From Rickettsiales bacterium (lineage in GTDB: Bacteria > Pseudomonadota > Alphaproteobacteria > G027485855), in contig JAIXQD010000021.1 in the NCBI GenBank assembly GCA_027485855.1, forward strand, positions 178,700 through 242,699: a stretch of 64,000 nucleotides of DNA. Direction: 5' to 3'. The position numbers and the translations under genes are program-made. Under the pieces are notes generated by a model. The model had not been told where the DNA came from. It made no database searches and worked only from the letters and a program-made list of their open reading frames with translations. Numbering within the stretch: position 1 is the first letter of the stretch; the number at the start of each line of letters is the position of its first letter. Below, piece after piece: positions 31,801 through 40,463 of the stretch.

Positions 31801-31885
31801 AGCCGATATTACCGGCCAAGGCAACAAAGGGCCAGAACGCCCCACAACGGCGCCCATCACAAGCAACGCCGCCACTTTAGGCTAA
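28802..31885 (+). CDS. Divergent ClpB-like double AAA+ ATPase, copy 1
   Basis: Clp-N (GDEFVNTDHLILALL), GEFGVGKT, IDEIE, coiled-coil M domain, GPSGVGKTE, GAPPGYQG, FDEIEKAH, GARPL. Confidence 0.9.
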   Translation: MNQDQDKLNITLNYRKGGVIEAQKFAATNPLLVSYNAGIEQDNNSKRTFISLASLLANSISADSSYITRSIETAGGDIAILRRTLEAINANIPPAKSGQALDEGCHAPIFLAAQAAAEKMGDEFVNTDHLILALLNGVEAEHPTAVNHAAQLSAALSNAGLTAQSYKKSVLDLRRGARIKTQFDGENFGTLGLYTKLIAAAGQERTPFMNRSEEMRRIEKQIAKTEGNSVWLTGEFGVGKTALVEAFAARLADGQTPRQLAGRKLLKLDLSRFIAGAGNELDTRFKALCDEAEADGDKILYIDEIERLLLDNGSVRASLAIILNDVVSRGQLPIIATSDGGRAEVLSTADQSLFKKFERIRLQEPSDDLAREMLYAHRDSIAARHGVEIEDEAIARVIKQTKRYQSDEKFPKKAIDALDEAASLVAIRAERPEVLTSKDEQLILMVAELDSLKNKSDDASAQRQKILQEQFDKLEDELTALEQQWENEQSLRMAVETARSSLQQSENKLQQLKQEREQLGQGQQVLQAANANGDNHQVAAPVSKDIVEKRQRIEADIKRAEMRDLPAQRTALSEAEKNLAALGDNRLAQLVVTPKDIDQALTVATGIPIGQGDDEAKYAPGAIEAALEKRVVGQKKAVSIVAEGIRRAKKGLNDAGKPLLVVFFAGPSGVGKTELAKATAEFEFGGEDRVIRYDMGEYTEPHTVSTLLGAPPGYQGSEQGGKLVNDINNAPYSVLLFDEIEKAHPSLFPILLKLLDEGKVTDRQHNTADARNCIIVMTSNVGKEYFEQFKNGSIKTPEELNRLVKEAYNERFPVELRGRISSGFTIFNSLDPKVTRMIIPIQTRKLNKLMDERQVKVALTPSAEDWLAKYGYDPNLGARPLNNLYRDIIVNGVAKLVTDGMLLPGQDVSVDVQPQKVTVQSHITSAEEIMKIVDGLDEFKPTIQELQEQLQKLCSKLSYAELTQDNPPVEEMHEIEVPWPTLKVSDRLRPAPAINIANAKADITGQGNKGPERPTTAPITSNAATLG

Positions 31886-31897
31886 GGGAGCGACAAA

Positions 31898-34800
31898 ATG
31901 AACCAAGGTCAAGAACCAACTTTTGATGTGCTGCTCAACGACCGCAGCACTAATGTGCCCAGCAAATATGGGGTGAATATGACGAGCGCTTTGCAGCGCT
32001 ATTATAACAGCGGTCTTGAGCAAGATGCTCAATCTGCACCAGGCACACAAGGCAAAGATTATAGCAACCTTGCTTCTATTTTATTGGCCGCGCTCGCCAG
32101 CGAAGAATCTTATATCTCGCGCGCAATCAGCAAAGCGGGCGGTGACCGCACCGTGCTTGTACGTGGCCTGCAGCAAGTTTGGCAAGATATCCCCAAGAGC
32201 GCCGATGGTATCGTCAAGGATTTAGGCTATCTTGCGCCAATTTTTGCTGGTGCAGATAATGTACGCTTAACCATGGGTGATAAATTTCATAATACCGATC
32301 ATCTGGTAGCTGCCCTGCTGCAAGGCGAATATCAGCCAAGCTCAACGGCAATGACTGCGCATTATACCAAGCTGCAAGAGGCTTTTGCCAATGCCGGTAT
32401 TGATGCCGATATTTGGCAAAAAACTATCGAAGAAATGCGCCATGGTGCACGCATTGGCAGCCGCATGGATGGTGAGCTATTTGATAGTCTTGGTCTTTAT
32501 ACCAATGACATGGCCATACTGGCCGTCGAAAAGCCAGAGCCGGTATTTTTAGGCCGCCGCGCCGAGATTGACCGTATCGAAGCACAATTAGCCAAAGCGC
32601 AAGGCAACTCGGCTTGGCTGACGGGTGATTTTGGGGTGGGCAAAACCGCCATTGCCGAAGCCGTGGCCGATCGGATCAGCCTTGAAGAATCTCGCGCCGA
32701 ATTGCGCGGTCGCGTGGTGCTGCGTCTTAATATGAGCAAGCTGATTACCGGACAAGCCGGTGACCCTGCCGACAGATTGCGCGCCATTTGTGACGAAGCT
32801 GCGCGCGATGGCAATAAAATCCTGCTGATTGATGAAGTAGAGCGCCTGCTGCTTGATAATGGCGCTATTCGTGCCAATGTGGCCGTGGTGCTCAATGATG
32901 TGCTCAGTGCGGGCCGCTTGCCCATGCTGCTCACCTCGGATGGCGGGCGGGCTGATGCGCTTTACAGCAATGATGCCAGCCTCTTTGATAAACTAGCGCG
33001 CATTGATGTGCGCGAACCCAGCGCTGAACTTGCCACCGAAATGCTTTATGCCCACCGTGAGCGCATTGAGCAGCTTTATGGCGTAACCATCACCGACGAA
33101 GCCCTGCAACGGGCCGTGGCGCAAACACAAAAATACCAAGCCGATAAGCGCCTACCCAAAAAAGCCGTTGATGCGCTAGAAGCCGCAGCCAGCCAAGTGG
33201 CGCTTGAAAAAGAGCGCCCCGCGCAATTAGTCAAGCTCGCACAAACCCAAGAGAACATCGAAGCCGAGCTGCGTCGTTTAAATGTGCGGCAAGATGCCGC
33301 GGCTCTACAGCGCAAAGCCGAGCTCACCCAGCAACAAGCCGAAGCCGTGAACAGCGAAGCCGAGCTAGAAGCCAAATGGGAGCAAGAGCTTGAAATTTAT
33401 AAAGCCGTGCAGCGCGCCCAAGAAAATATTGTGGCAGCAGAAGACAAGCAATATGAGCTGCGCACGCAAATAGAGCAGTTGGCCGGCGCACAACAACAAA
33501 TGCAGCTGGTAACGGATGGCAGCGAAAGCAAAACTATCAGCACCGCTGCGCCCAGCCTTGCAACCCAGCAGCGCGAATTAAAAACCCAGCTCAAAACGCT
33601 TGAGCGCAAATTGCCGCAATTGCAGCAGCAGCTCGAACAGGCGCAAAAAGCCGCCGCCGACTATGCCCCACATCGCTTGGTTGATGGCACAGTCAATGCG
33701 GTGGATATTGATGAAGCTATCGAGCGCAGCACCGGCATTCGTATTAAACCCGAAGAGACCGATAAATTTGCCAAAGGCAAAATTGAAGCGGCCTTGCGCC
33801 AGCGTGTTGTGGGCCAAGATAAAGCCATTGCCATTGTGGCGGGCGCGGTGCGTCGTGCCGCCATGGGCTTACGCAAAAATGGCAAAACCTTAGGCGTGTT
33901 CTTTTTTGCGGGCCCGTCGGGCGTTGGCAAAACCGAGCTGAGCTTGGCTTTGGCCGAGTTTCTTGGTTACAACATGCTGCGCTATAATATGAATAACTTC
34001 ACCCAAGCGCACACGGTGGCAACCTTGCTGGGCTCGCCCCACGGCTATGAAGGCGGCGGTGGCCCCTTGGTGCGCGACATTAAACAGAACCCTAATTCGG
34101 TTATTCTGCTGGATGAATATGAAAAAGCGCATGCTGATTTCAGCAAAATATTGATGGACCTGTTTGATACCGGCCGCACCACCGATAACCGCAACAACAG
34201 CGCTGACGCCAGCAACTGCTATATCGTCATGACTTCAAACATTGGCGAAGATTACTTCCGCGACTATCGCGATGGCGTGATTAAAACCGAAGCCGAATTG
34301 CTTGATGAAGTCAAACGCGCCTATGAAGAAAAATTCCCAGCGTCGTTCCAAGGGCGCGTTGAGAATTTTATTATCTTTAATAATCTTGACCCTGCGGTCA
34401 CGCGCGAAGTTGTGCCGCTGCAGCTGCGCAAACTCAACGAGCAGTTCAAAGATAATAAGCTCGACATCACCATGGACGCCGCAACCTCGGCCTGGCTGGC
34501 CGAACATGGCTATGACCCACATAAAGGCGTGCGCCCCTTACAAAACTTGTTTGATAAAGTGGTGGCCAATGGCGTGAATGATTTATTCATGGATGGCGAT
34601 TTATTGCCCGGCCAGCAAGTGAGCATTACGCTGCAACCGCAGACAGTGCAAATTCAAACACACGCCAGCGCCGAAGATGTTGATGCACGCATTTTCAGCC
34701 ATAAGATTTTTTACCCAACGCTGGCGCAAGCCGAAGCTGAGTTGCAAAAACACTTCAGCAATTTAAGCGATGCCGATAAGAGCCGTGGTGCTGCGCCAGA

Positions 34801-34960
34801 GGCGATGCATAGCGTAGAAGTCATGTGGCCAAGCTTTACAATTACCGACAAATTAGCCGCAGTGCCCGCTATTGAGCTTGGCACACAAGAAGAAGGGCCC
34901 GTACGTCGGCCCAAAGCTGCGGCTGCTGGTGGCAAGCCCGCACCACTAGCCAATAGCTAA
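31898..34960 (+). CDS. Divergent ClpB-like double AAA+ ATPase, copy 2
   Basis: Same architecture: GDFGVGKT, IDEVE, M domain, GPSGVGKTE, GSPHGYEG, LDEYEKAH, GVRPL; 12 bp after copy 1 with GGGAG RBS. Confidence 0.9.
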   Translation: MNQGQEPTFDVLLNDRSTNVPSKYGVNMTSALQRYYNSGLEQDAQSAPGTQGKDYSNLASILLAALASEESYISRAISKAGGDRTVLVRGLQQVWQDIPKSADGIVKDLGYLAPIFAGADNVRLTMGDKFHNTDHLVAALLQGEYQPSSTAMTAHYTKLQEAFANAGIDADIWQKTIEEMRHGARIGSRMDGELFDSLGLYTNDMAILAVEKPEPVFLGRRAEIDRIEAQLAKAQGNSAWLTGDFGVGKTAIAEAVADRISLEESRAELRGRVVLRLNMSKLITGQAGDPADRLRAICDEAARDGNKILLIDEVERLLLDNGAIRANVAVVLNDVLSAGRLPMLLTSDGGRADALYSNDASLFDKLARIDVREPSAELATEMLYAHRERIEQLYGVTITDEALQRAVAQTQKYQADKRLPKKAVDALEAAASQVALEKERPAQLVKLAQTQENIEAELRRLNVRQDAAALQRKAELTQQQAEAVNSEAELEAKWEQELEIYKAVQRAQENIVAAEDKQYELRTQIEQLAGAQQQMQLVTDGSESKTISTAAPSLATQQRELKTQLKTLERKLPQLQQQLEQAQKAAADYAPHRLVDGTVNAVDIDEAIERSTGIRIKPEETDKFAKGKIEAALRQRVVGQDKAIAIVAGAVRRAAMGLRKNGKTLGVFFFAGPSGVGKTELSLALAEFLGYNMLRYNMNNFTQAHTVATLLGSPHGYEGGGGPLVRDIKQNPNSVILLDEYEKAHADFSKILMDLFDTGRTTDNRNNSADASNCYIVMTSNIGEDYFRDYRDGVIKTEAELLDEVKRAYEEKFPASFQGRVENFIIFNNLDPAVTREVVPLQLRKLNEQFKDNKLDITMDAATSAWLAEHGYDPHKGVRPLQNLFDKVVANGVNDLFMDGDLLPGQQVSITLQPQTVQIQTHASAEDVDARIFSHKIFYPTLAQAEAELQKHFSNLSDADKSRGAAPEAMHSVEVMWPSFTITDKLAAVPAIELGTQEEGPVRRPKAAAAGGKPAPLANS

Positions 34961-35314
34961 GGCCACGCGTTACAGCCAATGATTAATATTTTTTGGTAAT
35001 ATAATTACCAAATTAATAGGTATTAATAGCGCGTGCAGACCAACGAATAAATTTATTTATAAATACATTGTAAAAGCCAAAAAATTATTTTCAACCTGTG
35101 GCAAGGCCGCAATACACACTAAGCCATTGATAAAAAACAACAACAAAACAATATTGGGCTAAATACACCTATCTTTTGCTGTGTAATATTGGCAACATCG
35201 GCCAAAATTCGCCATAAAATTACCTAAAAACACCATTTCGCTTAGCAATAGATTTACCATTATGACCGCATTATGACCTTACCGAGCCACCCATTTTAAC
35301 GAAGGTTTACGCCC

Positions 35315-35572
35315 ATGCTCTCCAAACCCTGCGTTACTGCCCTTGTCGACCTTATCGATAACAAGCTTTCTTCAATGGCCGTCACCGACCGTGACGATCT
35401 GCGCGAGTTTAATGTTTTGCAGCGCGCGCTCAACGAGCTGCAAGGCCTGCAACATAGCAGCAGCAGCGAAGCCGAATTTGGTAATATTCCGCGCCGTGGC
35501 CGTCGCCGCAAAGTTGCTGACTATCTTGCCCGTAGTTTTTCAGGCGAACATGGTCATATTGCCCGCGCCTGA
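35315..35572 (+). CDS. Small hypothetical protein with basic RRGRRRK tail
   Basis: Plausible ORF followed by a terminator; helical LVDLIDNKLSSM..DRDDLRE pattern. Confidence 0.65.
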   Translation: MLSKPCVTALVDLIDNKLSSMAVTDRDDLREFNVLQRALNELQGLQHSSSSEAEFGNIPRRGRRRKVADYLARSFSGEHGHIARA

Positions 35573-35602
35573 ACCTAGGCTTTAATAAGTAACTTTTACA
35601 AG

Positions 35603-35643
35603 AAATGCTCGACTGGTCGGGGGGTCAGTCGGGTATTTTTTTT
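35603..35643 (+). terminator. Intrinsic terminator
   Basis: aaatgctcgactgg...tcagtcgggtattt stem then T run. Confidence 0.65.
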
Positions 35644-36036
35644 GGGCATTTTTTTGCGCTTATATATATTGCTTGCAATCCTGTATGCAAAAGCACTATA
35701 ACAAGCGCGAGTTTAGATGAACTCTTGCATTGTGCATGCACTGCTTCTGCCTCCGGCCTTTGGCCCTAAGCACATAATTGCAGTGACGGGCTTTAATAAC
35801 GCCCATAAAACTGGCCGTCCTGCAGACAATTTTATGGCAGCCATTTTTCTTCCACGCTGAGAGTTTACCGTCTGGTTTGTGGGTACAGCCTTATGCTGTC
35901 CGCAAATAATCTGACGTGGCTCAATGATGCGCTTGGCATAAGCCAAGCACGCATTGCGCTCGGCTACGCTCAAGCGGTGGCGGCATTGTGCTGCAACCTA
36001 ACGCGCGCCTTGTGCGCAACTTAAAGGACTTAATCA

Positions 36037-37776
36037 ATGAATACCCCAGCAGATATGCAGATGAATGCAACCATAAGCCACATGCCAGAAACAAATGCGC
36101 CCGTAGTAAACGCAGCTGTCGCAAATGCCCCAAGCTTTGCCGATTTTGGCCTGCCTGAGAGCATGCAGAAAACCTTGCAAAAATTAAACTATACCATGCC
36201 CACCCCTATTCAGGTGGCTGCACTCCCCTTGGCATTATCGGGCCGCGATATTTTAGGCTCGGCCCAAACCGGCACCGGCAAAACCGCGGCTTTTGGCATT
36301 CCGCTTTTGGTGCATCTGATGCAAAATCCACAAGCGCAGGCCTTGGTGATGACCCCCACGCGCGAATTGGCCGTGCAGGTTGCCAAAGCGCTGCAACAGC
36401 TTATTCCCTTTAACGACAAGCAAATGAGCGACATTAAATGCGCCGTGCTCATTGGCGGCGAAGCCATGCCCATTCAGATGCGTCAGCTGAAAATGCGCCC
36501 GCGTCTTATTGTTGGCACACCGGGCCGCATCAATGACCATCTGGCCCGTGGCACATTACGCTTATCGAACACCACCTATCTTGTGCTGGACGAAACCGAC
36601 CGCATGCTTGATATGGGTTTTGGCCCACAGATTGATAAAATCCTGGAGCATGTGCCCGCCGTGCGCCAAACCTTGCTGTTTTCAGCAACTTTACCGGGCA
36701 ATATTGTCAAGCTCTCGTCGCGCTATATGCGTGAGCCAGTGCGTGTGGCTGTGGGTTCAACCTCGGCGCCGATTGCCAAAATCAAACAAGAGCTGGTACG
36801 CACCAGCGAAGGCGAAAAATATCACGAACTTTTATCGCAGCTTGAAAATCGTGATGGCTCGATTATCATTTTTGTTAAAACCAAACATGGCACCGAGCGT
36901 CTGGCTGAAAAACTCTGCCGCGCGAATATTCCGGCCGATGCCATTCATGGCGATTTGCAGCAGCGTCAACGGCAGCGCGTCATCGAGGCGTTCCGTCGGC
37001 AAGATTATCGTATTTTGGTGGCAACCGATGTGGCAGCCCGCGGCCTTGATATTCCGCATATTGCCCATGTCATCAATTATGATTTGCCGCAAGTGGCCGA
37101 AGATTATATTCACCGCATTGGCCGCACCGCCCGCGCTGGTGCAGAAGGCTCGGCCGTTAATTTGCTGACCCCTGCCGATAACGGCAAATGGCGCGCTATT
37201 CAGCAGCTGCTGGGCGAAAAACCAAGCAACAGCAATGGCGGCGAGTCTATGCGCCAAGCCCCCAATGGTAAGAATGGCTCGCGCAAATTTTCGGGTGCCA
37301 GAAAATCGGGCGACCGGTCTTTTGGTGACAGGTCTTTTGGTGACAGGTCTTTTGGTGACAGAAAATTTGGCGCCAGAAATACCGATGAGCGGAAATTTTC
37401 TGACCGCAATGTCGGCGAAAGAAGCTTTGAAGAAAAACGTTTCGGCGATAAAAAGCCAGCCAGCAGAAAGTTTGACCAGAATAGCGGCCCAGAAAACAAA
37501 TATAGCGAGCGCAAATATAGTGAGCGCAAATATGGTGAAGGCAATTTTGCCGAACCCAGCTTTGGCGAGCAAAAACCTTTTTATAAAAAAGCTGCCGGTA
37601 AAAGCTTTGGCAAAAAAGATTTTGGTCAGGGCCGACCAACTTCGGGCAAACCCACACAAGGCAAGCCCACAGGTGGCAAATTTGGTGGTAAAAACAAAGC
37701 CGGCTCAAATAATACCAGCCAAGATGCGAGCCGCCAGCAACGGAGCTGGTCGCCAACAAATCGGGCTGTTGCGTAA
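36037..37776 (+). CDS. DEAD-box RNA helicase (DETD variant) with repetitive basic C-tail
   Basis: Q motif, AQTGTGKT, PTRELA, DETD, SAT, ARGLD, HRIGRTAR. Confidence 0.95.
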   Translation: MNTPADMQMNATISHMPETNAPVVNAAVANAPSFADFGLPESMQKTLQKLNYTMPTPIQVAALPLALSGRDILGSAQTGTGKTAAFGIPLLVHLMQNPQAQALVMTPTRELAVQVAKALQQLIPFNDKQMSDIKCAVLIGGEAMPIQMRQLKMRPRLIVGTPGRINDHLARGTLRLSNTTYLVLDETDRMLDMGFGPQIDKILEHVPAVRQTLLFSATLPGNIVKLSSRYMREPVRVAVGSTSAPIAKIKQELVRTSEGEKYHELLSQLENRDGSIIIFVKTKHGTERLAEKLCRANIPADAIHGDLQQRQRQRVIEAFRRQDYRILVATDVAARGLDIPHIAHVINYDLPQVAEDYIHRIGRTARAGAEGSAVNLLTPADNGKWRAIQQLLGEKPSNSNGGESMRQAPNGKNGSRKFSGARKSGDRSFGDRSFGDRSFGDRKFGARNTDERKFSDRNVGERSFEEKRFGDKKPASRKFDQNSGPENKYSERKYSERKYGEGNFAEPSFGEQKPFYKKAAGKSFGKKDFGQGRPTSGKPTQGKPTGGKFGGKNKAGSNNTSQDASRQQRSWSPTNRAVA

Positions 37777-37794
37777 ATTTTATTAAGTCAAACT

Positions 37795-37826
37795 AAGGCG
37801 GGGCTGGCAACAGTCCCGCCTTTTTT
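37795..37826 (+). terminator. Intrinsic terminator
   Basis: aaggcggggctg-gcaa-cagtcccgcctt followed by T run. Confidence 0.85.
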
Positions 37827-37950
37827 ATGCCCTATATTTGCGGCTTATCCTTCTCCCTGCAGCATAAAAAACGAATAGATAAAATACCCGATAAATCCGG
37901 CAAAAATGTCGGCATTTGTTCAAAAATCTTTAAAGCTATCTCGCTAATAT

Positions 37951-40404
37951 ATGAGCTCTGACGACGGAGCCCGAATGAGCACAAACGACGCACTTTCAGC
38001 CTTTATGATTATCGATGAAAGCGCTGTGCCGCCCGACCATGCCAGCGCCGATAGCAATCAGCTTGATTATATAGCCTCCACTATTGCTATGCCAAGTTAC
38101 AGCTATGCGGCGGTCAATGTAAGCGCAGCCTTTCCGCATAATTATAATTACAGCGCACAAATTCAAGCAGCAGCACCCATTATCAGCACGCATTATGATA
38201 GCAGCACGCCGCTATATAATGTCGCCAGCGCAAGCGCAACTACAGCTGATACCCCCGCGCTTTTTGCAACCTCGATGAATCTTGGCCCCGCACGCATCAG
38301 CTTCACTGATAATTTTTTTAGTCAGCAATATCATTTTTCAGCAAGCTCAGTTGCCGACACACGCGCGGCCGCCGCTTGGACACAATATACCGGCCGCAAC
38401 ATACGCGTGGCTGTGGTTGATGATGGCTTTGATTATCAGCACCGTGATTTAAGTCTTAACTATAACCAAAACATCGACCGCGATTTTCGCGACAATGATA
38501 TGGATGCGCTTTATCGCACACAAACAGGTGATGCGCATGGCACCGCAGTGATGTCAGTCATCGGCGCTGATAATAACGGCACAGGCATGGTGGGCGTTGC
38601 GCCAGATGCAACATTGGTGGGTATTCGTGTTGGCTTTGGCAGTAGTGGGGTGACGACCTTTGGTGCTGCGCTGGCCTATGGCAGCAATTACGATGTGATC
38701 AATAATAGCTGGGGTTATACATCAGCATTTATTGATAATTTTCAAATGAGCTATATGGCCTCACTGCGCGATGCCATGGTTAATGGCATGAATAATGGTC
38801 GCGGCGGGCTTGGCTCGATTTTTGTTTTTAGTGCGGGCAATAGCCGCAGCTCTGGTGATGCCACCACCTATCATGGCACCACAAATTTTATTGGCACTAT
38901 TACGGTTGGCGCCGTTGATAGCAATGGGCGGGTTGGTGTTTTTAGCACACCAGGCGAGTCTGTTCTGGTATCAGCCGCTGGTGTTGGTGTAATCGCCGCA
39001 GATAACACCATAGGTGGCTATAACAGTGGTGAATATGGAACGATAAGTGGAACATCTTTTTCGGCACCCGTTGTGTCTGGCGTTGTGGCACTGATGCTGG
39101 AAGCCAATAGTCGTTTAGGCTTTCGTGATGTGCAGGAGATTTTAGCCCTGTCCTCGCGTCAAACCGATAGCAGCAATAGCAGCTGGCGATTTAATGGTGC
39201 CGATAATTGGAATGGTGGCGGCATGCATTTTAGCCGCGATTATGGCTTTGGCGTGGTCGATGCTCATGCTGCTGTGCGCCTGGCTGAAGGTTGGAACACC
39301 TCGCGCACTGCGGCAAACATGCAAATGGCCAGCGGCACGGCTAACCCTAATCTTTTTGCGCCTGACAATAATAGCACAGGCGTGAGCTCAAGCATCAACT
39401 TAACCGGCACAAATTTACAGCTCGATAAAGTTATGGTTGATGTACGCCTTGCTAGCAGCACGGGGCAGATGGGCGATGTACGACTAAACCTTATTTCGCC
39501 CGATGGCACAGTGAGCACACTTATCGACCGTGTTAATAATGGGAGCTTTATGTCAAGCTCGTTTAGCTTTAATCTGAGCAGCAATGCATTTTGGGGCGAA
39601 GATAGCAACGGCACTTGGCGTTTACAGTTGGTGGATACTGCCACAAATGTTGGCCGCACTACTTTGCAAAGCTGGACGTTACGCGCCTATGGCGATGCCA
39701 TTGGCAATGACGATACTTACTATTACACCAATGAATTTACCACAGCCACGGGGGCGCGCAGAACTCTTATCGATACTGATGGCGGCCTCAATAGCATTAA
39801 TACCGCTGCGGTTGATGGTACTGTTGTGCTGGCAATGGCCGCGGGCAGCACAGGCTCAAACATCGCTGGGCGCAGCCTTACTATTGGCGCCAGCACCAAC
39901 ATTCATAATGCCGTGACTGGCTCGGGCAATGACTATATTTATGGCAACGGGCTGAACAATGCCATTCGTGGCGGCGCCGGCGATGATCTTATGCAAGGGC
40001 GCGGCGGCAATGATACGCTGGTTGGTGGTGCGGGTGGTGACACACTGAATGGCGGCGATGGTAATGACGTCTTGATTGGTGGCCTTGGCGCGGACATGAT
40101 TATTACCGGCATTGGCACAGATATTGTGACTTACAACAGCATGTCAGATGCAGGTGACACCATTACCGATTTTACCGTTGGCACTGACCGGCTAAATTTT
40201 GTTTCGCTGTTTACCAGCCTTGGCTACAGCGGCAGCAACCCCTTAGCTGATAGTCTGTTGCGGATAACTTATAATAGCTCGGCCAATACAACCATCTTGG
40301 CGATTGATAGCGACCGCACTGGCCCACAAGCCGCCGTAACATTGGCAACCTTGCAAAACACCAGCGCCACACTTGTAGCCACGCGCGATTATTATTGGGT
40401 TTAA
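37951..40404 (+). CDS. Subtilisin/kexin-like S8 peptidase with P-domain and RTX repeats (T1SS substrate)
   Basis: VAVVDDG, HGT, SAGN, GTSFSAP; P-domain (GEDSNGTWRL); GGxGxD nonapeptides; DTITDF tail. Confidence 0.92.
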   Translation: MSSDDGARMSTNDALSAFMIIDESAVPPDHASADSNQLDYIASTIAMPSYSYAAVNVSAAFPHNYNYSAQIQAAAPIISTHYDSSTPLYNVASASATTADTPALFATSMNLGPARISFTDNFFSQQYHFSASSVADTRAAAAWTQYTGRNIRVAVVDDGFDYQHRDLSLNYNQNIDRDFRDNDMDALYRTQTGDAHGTAVMSVIGADNNGTGMVGVAPDATLVGIRVGFGSSGVTTFGAALAYGSNYDVINNSWGYTSAFIDNFQMSYMASLRDAMVNGMNNGRGGLGSIFVFSAGNSRSSGDATTYHGTTNFIGTITVGAVDSNGRVGVFSTPGESVLVSAAGVGVIAADNTIGGYNSGEYGTISGTSFSAPVVSGVVALMLEANSRLGFRDVQEILALSSRQTDSSNSSWRFNGADNWNGGGMHFSRDYGFGVVDAHAAVRLAEGWNTSRTAANMQMASGTANPNLFAPDNNSTGVSSSINLTGTNLQLDKVMVDVRLASSTGQMGDVRLNLISPDGTVSTLIDRVNNGSFMSSSFSFNLSSNAFWGEDSNGTWRLQLVDTATNVGRTTLQSWTLRAYGDAIGNDDTYYYTNEFTTATGARRTLIDTDGGLNSINTAAVDGTVVLAMAAGSTGSNIAGRSLTIGASTNIHNAVTGSGNDYIYGNGLNNAIRGGAGDDLMQGRGGNDTLVGGAGGDTLNGGDGNDVLIGGLGADMIITGIGTDIVTYNSMSDAGDTITDFTVGTDRLNFVSLFTSLGYSGSNPLADSLLRITYNSSANTTILAIDSDRTGPQAAVTLATLQNTSATLVATRDYYWV

Positions 40405-40463
40405 GTTTGTTTCGCTCATGCAGCTATAATCTAATTTTAACAGGCTGCTGCTAAGTTTAATCG

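Noticed and set aside
28802-34960. ClpV/T6SS or ClpA/ClpC assignment
   Set aside because: No T6SS genes in the window; long M domain present and no IGF/L ClpP-binding loop.
36832-37786. Long alternative-frame and antisense ORFs over the helicase tail and dotA tail
   Set aside because: By-products of low-complexity repeats; no RBS or recognisable motifs.
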